Shown here in pieces: positions 60,422 through 64,000 of a stretch of DNA of 64,000 bases (the first letter of the stretch is position 1; each line of letters opens with the position of its first letter). Source of the stretch: Oscillospiraceae bacterium (GTDB lineage: Bacteria; Bacillota; Clostridia; Oscillospirales; UBA929). The stretch spans positions 85,034 through 149,033 of the forward strand of contig JAVBTN010000004.1 in assembly GCA_031556185.1 (NCBI GenBank), read 5' to 3'. A model generated the notes under the pieces. The model ran no database searches and was not told the origin of the DNA. It worked only from the letters and a program-made list of their open reading frames with translations. Both the position numbers and the translations under genes were made by a program.

Positions 60422-60450
60422 TTGAAAAACACGCGCTTTCCGGGTATAAT
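60422..60450 (+). promoter_or_regulatory. SigA-type promoter
   Basis: TTGAAA-N17-TATAAT. Confidence 0.7.
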
Positions 60451-60500
60451 AAGGGTGGAAGAATAAACCCCATGTGAATATCGTACGAGGAGGCAAACCT

Positions 60501-60701
60501 ATGGTGCAGGTGACGAAAGATACCATTATCGGAGACATTTTGCAGCTCGACGGCCAGACGGCCAAATTCTTTTTGGAAATCGGCATGCACTGCCTGGGCT
60601 GCCCGGCGTCTCGCGGAGAGACACTCGAGCAGGCCTGCATGGTGCACGGTGTGGATGCGGACGAACTGCTGGCTAAAATTAACGCGCATTTGGCGCAGTG
60701 A
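60501..60701 (+). CDS. DUF1858 domain protein
   Basis: VTKDTIIGDIL, GMHCLGCP, ETLEQACMVHG; GGAGG RBS. Confidence 0.92.
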   Translation: MVQVTKDTIIGDILQLDGQTAKFFLEIGMHCLGCPASRGETLEQACMVHGVDADELLAKINAHLAQ

Positions 60702-60719
60702 CAAAGCTGTTGAATAGAC

Positions 60720-60763
60720 CCACATAAAGAGCGGACGCGCTTTCGCGCCCGCTCTTTATGTGG
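60720..60763 (+). terminator. Stem-loop/terminator after the DUF1858 gene
   Basis: CCACATAAAGAGCGG...CCGCTCTTTATGTGG inverted repeat. Confidence 0.7.
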
Positions 60764-60786
60764 GCGCATTGTTAGGGGGAAAACCG

Positions 60787-61509
60787 ATGATAGTGCTGCC
60801 GCCGCGGCTGCGAATGCTGGCTGAATTGATCCCGGTCGGCGCGCGGGTCGTGGATGTCGGCACCGACCACGCGCGGTTGCCCGCCTATCTGGTGCAGAAA
60901 GGTATTGCCAAGCATGTGCTGGCCACCGACGTCAGAGAGGGACCGCTCACGCGCGCCCGGCGCACCCTTGTCGCCTGCGGAACCGAGGAGCACGTGACCC
61001 TGCATCTGGTCGACGGATTGACCGGTTTGACAGCAGAGCAATACGACACGGTTGTGGTTGCCGGCATGGGCGCCGACACAATGATCAGTATTTTGAAAAA
61101 AGCACTGCCCACTCACGCGCTGCTGCTTTTGCAGCCCATGTCGCACGCCGAGCGGCTGCGTGATTTCCTCGGTCAGTCGGGCTACCGGATTGACATCGAG
61201 TTGCTGGCGCGGGAGGACAGGCGACTGTACAATATACTGGCCGCGCGTTATGGTGGACAGGCTGTGCCGCCGACACCGCCGGAGAGGTATGTCAGCCGTG
61301 CGCTGGCGGGCAGTCACGATCCCCATTTGAAAGACTATTTGCATCGACAGACGGCAAGACTGGCGGCCGAGGCAAGAGGGCTGCTTGCGTCCGACCGGGC
61401 TGGCGACGGGGTGCTGTTGAGAGAGACACGTGCGGCGCTGGAGGGACTGCTGGAACTCCAACGGACGCTGTTTGCGCCGGAACGGCAGGCAGGGGAGGAA
61501 AAAACATGA
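60787..61509 (+). CDS. trmK: tRNA (adenine-22 N1)-methyltransferase
   Basis: VDVGTDHARLP, DVREGPL, DGL, AGMG, LQPM; followed by a Nif3 gene. Confidence 0.88.
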   Translation: MIVLPPRLRMLAELIPVGARVVDVGTDHARLPAYLVQKGIAKHVLATDVREGPLTRARRTLVACGTEEHVTLHLVDGLTGLTAEQYDTVVVAGMGADTMISILKKALPTHALLLLQPMSHAERLRDFLGQSGYRIDIELLAREDRRLYNILAARYGGQAVPPTPPERYVSRALAGSHDPHLKDYLHRQTARLAAEARGLLASDRAGDGVLLRETRAALEGLLELQRTLFAPERQAGEEKT

Positions 61510-62312
61510 TTGTGGTATCTGATGTATTGTCTGTCTTTGAGGACTTTGCCCCCACGCGCTGGACAAAACAGATTTATCCCGGCGACAATGTGGGGTTGCT
61601 CGTCGGGCGGAAGGATGCCCCCGCAGAGCATGTACTTGTGGCGCTAGACGTGACGGAGGCTGTCATCGATGAAGCGCTGTGCCGCGGAGCAAGTCTTGTT
61701 GTGACACATCACCCAGTGACATTTGGGCTTAAAGCGGTCACAGACGAAACGCCGGACGGACGGCTGATGCTGAAGCTGATTGAAAACAGGGTGGCGGCCA
61801 TCTGCATGCACACCAACTGGGATGCCGCACCCGGCGGCATTAACGATTTGTTGGCGCGGGCCGTGGGGCTGACAGGTCCTCTGCGGATGTTGGGACAGGA
61901 ATACACCGACCAGGACGGACGTCGCTACGCGCTTGGGCGGGTGGGAGAACTTGCGGAGCCAATGACCGCCGGCGCGCTGGCCGAGCAGGTCAAACACAGC
62001 TTGCGCGGACACGGCGTGCGCTATGTGGACGGCGGACGCCCGTGCCGGTGTATCGCTGTGGGCAGCGGCTCTTCCGGCAGTCAGTGGGCAGACGTGCTCA
62101 GGCACGGTTGTGACACGTTTGTGACGGGCGACGTCAAACACAATCTCTTTTTGGAAGCGGTGCAGTTTGGCGTTACGCTCATTGACGCGGGCCATTTTCC
62201 CACGGAACAAGTCATTGTCAAACCAATGGCTGACTACCTGCAAAAAGTCATGCCCGCATTGACTGTACTGACTTCCGAGGCTGCGGAGGAACCGGCGGTG
62301 TGGCTGGTCTGA
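61506..62312 (+). CDS. Nif3-like dinuclear metal-center protein (YqfO/YbgI family)
   Basis: DNVGLLVG, ALDVT, THHP, HTNWD, TGDVKH, DAGHFPTE. Confidence 0.94.
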   Translation: MIVVSDVLSVFEDFAPTRWTKQIYPGDNVGLLVGRKDAPAEHVLVALDVTEAVIDEALCRGASLVVTHHPVTFGLKAVTDETPDGRLMLKLIENRVAAICMHTNWDAAPGGINDLLARAVGLTGPLRMLGQEYTDQDGRRYALGRVGELAEPMTAGALAEQVKHSLRGHGVRYVDGGRPCRCIAVGSGSSGSQWADVLRHGCDTFVTGDVKHNLFLEAVQFGVTLIDAGHFPTEQVIVKPMADYLQKVMPALTVLTSEAAEEPAVWLV

Positions 62313-62339
62313 GTACAACAAAACAAAGGAGGAGTGACC

Positions 62340-64000
62340 ATGCCGCTTGACGCCGTGTGCCTGTCCGCGCTCAGACAGGAATTGCAGCAGGCACTGACAG
62401 GCGCCCGTGTCGACAAAATCTTTATGCCCGGCCGTGAAGAGGTGCACCTCTCCTTGCGCGCTCCGTCCGGATACACGCGCCTGCTTCTGTCGTCGGGCAA
62501 CAACCACCCAAGGGTACATCTGACGGCGGTGACGCGTGAAAATCCCGCCACGCCGCCGATGTTTTGCATGTTGCTGCGCAAGCATCTGTCGGGCGCGAGA
62601 TTGCTCGACATCGAACAGCCGCCGCTGGAGCGCGTGCTGCGTTTTCATTTTGATACGACCGACGAATTGGGGGACGTCTGCCAAAAGACGCTGGTGTGTG
62701 AAATCATGGGACGGCATTCCAATATCGTTTTGTGCGGCTCTGATGGGCGTATCATCGATTGTCTGCGGCGGGTTGACGCCGAAATGTCTGAACGGCGTCA
62801 GGTGCTGCCGGGGTTGTTTTACCACTGGCCACCCACGCAGGACAAACGCAATCCGCTCGAAACCGATGAGGAAGAATGGCGGGCGCATGTCGCCGCCGTG
62901 CCGGCCGATGTCAATTGGGAGGACTGGCTGTTGACGAATTTTTCCGGCATACCGCCGCTCGTCTGCCGAGAGCTGGCCGTCAGGGCGGAAAGCCCGTCGT
63001 CGTCGGATTTTTTAGCGCAGGTGCTCTTGTGGCGCAGGCAGGTGTTGGCACAGTCCTTTTCACCGTGGATCCTGTTTGACGGGGACAAACCGGTGGACTT
63101 TTGCTATATGCCCATTGCGCAGTATGGCGACCGTTACCGCCTGGAACAGGCAGACAGCTTTTCCGAGATGCTGGACAGTTTCTACGCCGCACGGGACTTG
63201 AGAGACCAGCTTCGCGTGCGCACGCAGGATATGTCGCGTCTGTTGGCGACGCTGCGCGACAGGGTCGGACGCAAGCTGGCGATCCAGCAGCGGGAGTGGG
63301 AACAGACGCAAAACAGAGAGCGTCTGCGTGAGTGCGGCGATCTGCTGATGGCCAATCTGCATTTGATCGGAAAGGGCGTCAGCGCCGTGACTGTGTTTGA
63401 CTTTTATCACAACGAAGAGGTGGAGATCAGAACCAACCCGATGCTCACGCCGCAACAGAATGCGGGCCGGTTCTACAAAGAATATCAAAAAGCCAAAACC
63501 GCCGAACAAACACTTTCCCAACAAATGGCGCAGGGCCAGACTGAAATTCAATACCTGGAAAGCGTGATGGAAGCGCTCAAGCGTGTGGGCGGAACGCAGG
63601 ATATTGAGGAGATACGTATGGAGCTTGCCCAGGGCGGCTATCTGCGCCAACCCAAGGGGAAAAAGGCTGTGAAGCATAAAATGGCGCAGCCGATGCGGTT
63701 TGTCAGTTCGACGGGTGTCCCCTTTATGGCTGGACGAAACAACCGTCAAAATGATCAACTGACCATGAAAATGGCAGCCCGGGGGGATCTATGGCTGCAT
63801 ACGCAGAAAATTCCCGGCAGTCACGTGGTGATCAGCTGCAATGGCGGTACGCCGGACGACACGACCCTCGAGGAGGCGGCGCAGGTGGCTGCGACACTGT
63901 CACAGGCTTCGACAGCACCCAAAGTGCCCGTGGATTATACCAGGATTGCCAACGTCAAAAAACCGCCGGGCGCCAAACCGGGTATGGTGATCTATGATCA
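62340..64000 (+). CDS. rqcH: RqcH/Rqc2 (NFACT, FbpA-like) ribosome quality-control protein, 3'-partial
   Basis: GGAG RBS; MPLDAVCL, PPMFCMLLRKHL, EIMGRHSNI, GRNNRQND, WLHTQKIPGSHV, VPVDYT; runs off the window so absent from the ORF track. Confidence 0.93.
   Translation, partial: MPLDAVCLSALRQELQQALTGARVDKIFMPGREEVHLSLRAPSGYTRLLLSSGNNHPRVHLTAVTRENPATPPMFCMLLRKHLSGARLLDIEQPPLERVLRFHFDTTDELGDVCQKTLVCEIMGRHSNIVLCGSDGRIIDCLRRVDAEMSERRQVLPGLFYHWPPTQDKRNPLETDEEEWRAHVAAVPADVNWEDWLLTNFSGIPPLVCRELAVRAESPSSSDFLAQVLLWRRQVLAQSFSPWILFDGDKPVDFCYMPIAQYGDRYRLEQADSFSEMLDSFYAARDLRDQLRVRTQDMSRLLATLRDRVGRKLAIQQREWEQTQNRERLRECGDLLMANLHLIGKGVSAVTVFDFYHNEEVEIRTNPMLTPQQNAGRFYKEYQKAKTAEQTLSQQMAQGQTEIQYLESVMEALKRVGGTQDIEEIRMELAQGGYLRQPKGKKAVKHKMAQPMRFVSSTGVPFMAGRNNRQNDQLTMKMAARGDLWLHTQKIPGSHVVISCNGGTPDDTTLEEAAQVAATLSQASTAPKVPVDYTRIANVKKPPGAKPGMVIYD

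Overview
Gene-dense, GC-rich core chromosomal region of an anaerobic Clostridia-type bacterium (inferred from sigH, SLH domains, DegV, TrmK, RqcH and iorAB). Contents in order: the 3' 2000 codons of a giant multidomain extracellular protein; a split TauE/SafE pair; an aryl-acid module (paaK x2, iorAB, Na+:solute symporter) interrupted by an [FeFe]-hydrogenase-like/MCP fusion; a divergent Lgt with two Pro-rich membrane proteins; a probable pfkA-MoxR/DUF58 operon running into three M42 aminopeptidases; rlmB; a degenerate P-type ATPase-like protein; an EF-G paralog; pgk-tpiA-gpmI-eno; rplU-rpmA (no prp) and obgE; a TlpA/CxxC/FeS triad; an SLH protease; fucI; an acyl-CoA synthetase locus; ruvC-vanW-ruvAB; glmM with a (TAACCTG)9 array in its leader; sigH; trmK; Nif3; and a partial rqcH. 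No CRISPR array, tRNA, rRNA, integrase or transposase was seen. Most notable: a circularly permuted domain nested inside a discoidin domain, the apparently catalytically dead P1B-ATPase homolog, the putative H2/redox chemoreceptor, L27 lacking both its N-terminal extension and Prp, an unannotated 38-aa gene with a sporulation-type promoter beside a candidate sRNA, and a 209-bp inverted-repeat element. All family assignments come from motif recognition by eye; no database searches were run.
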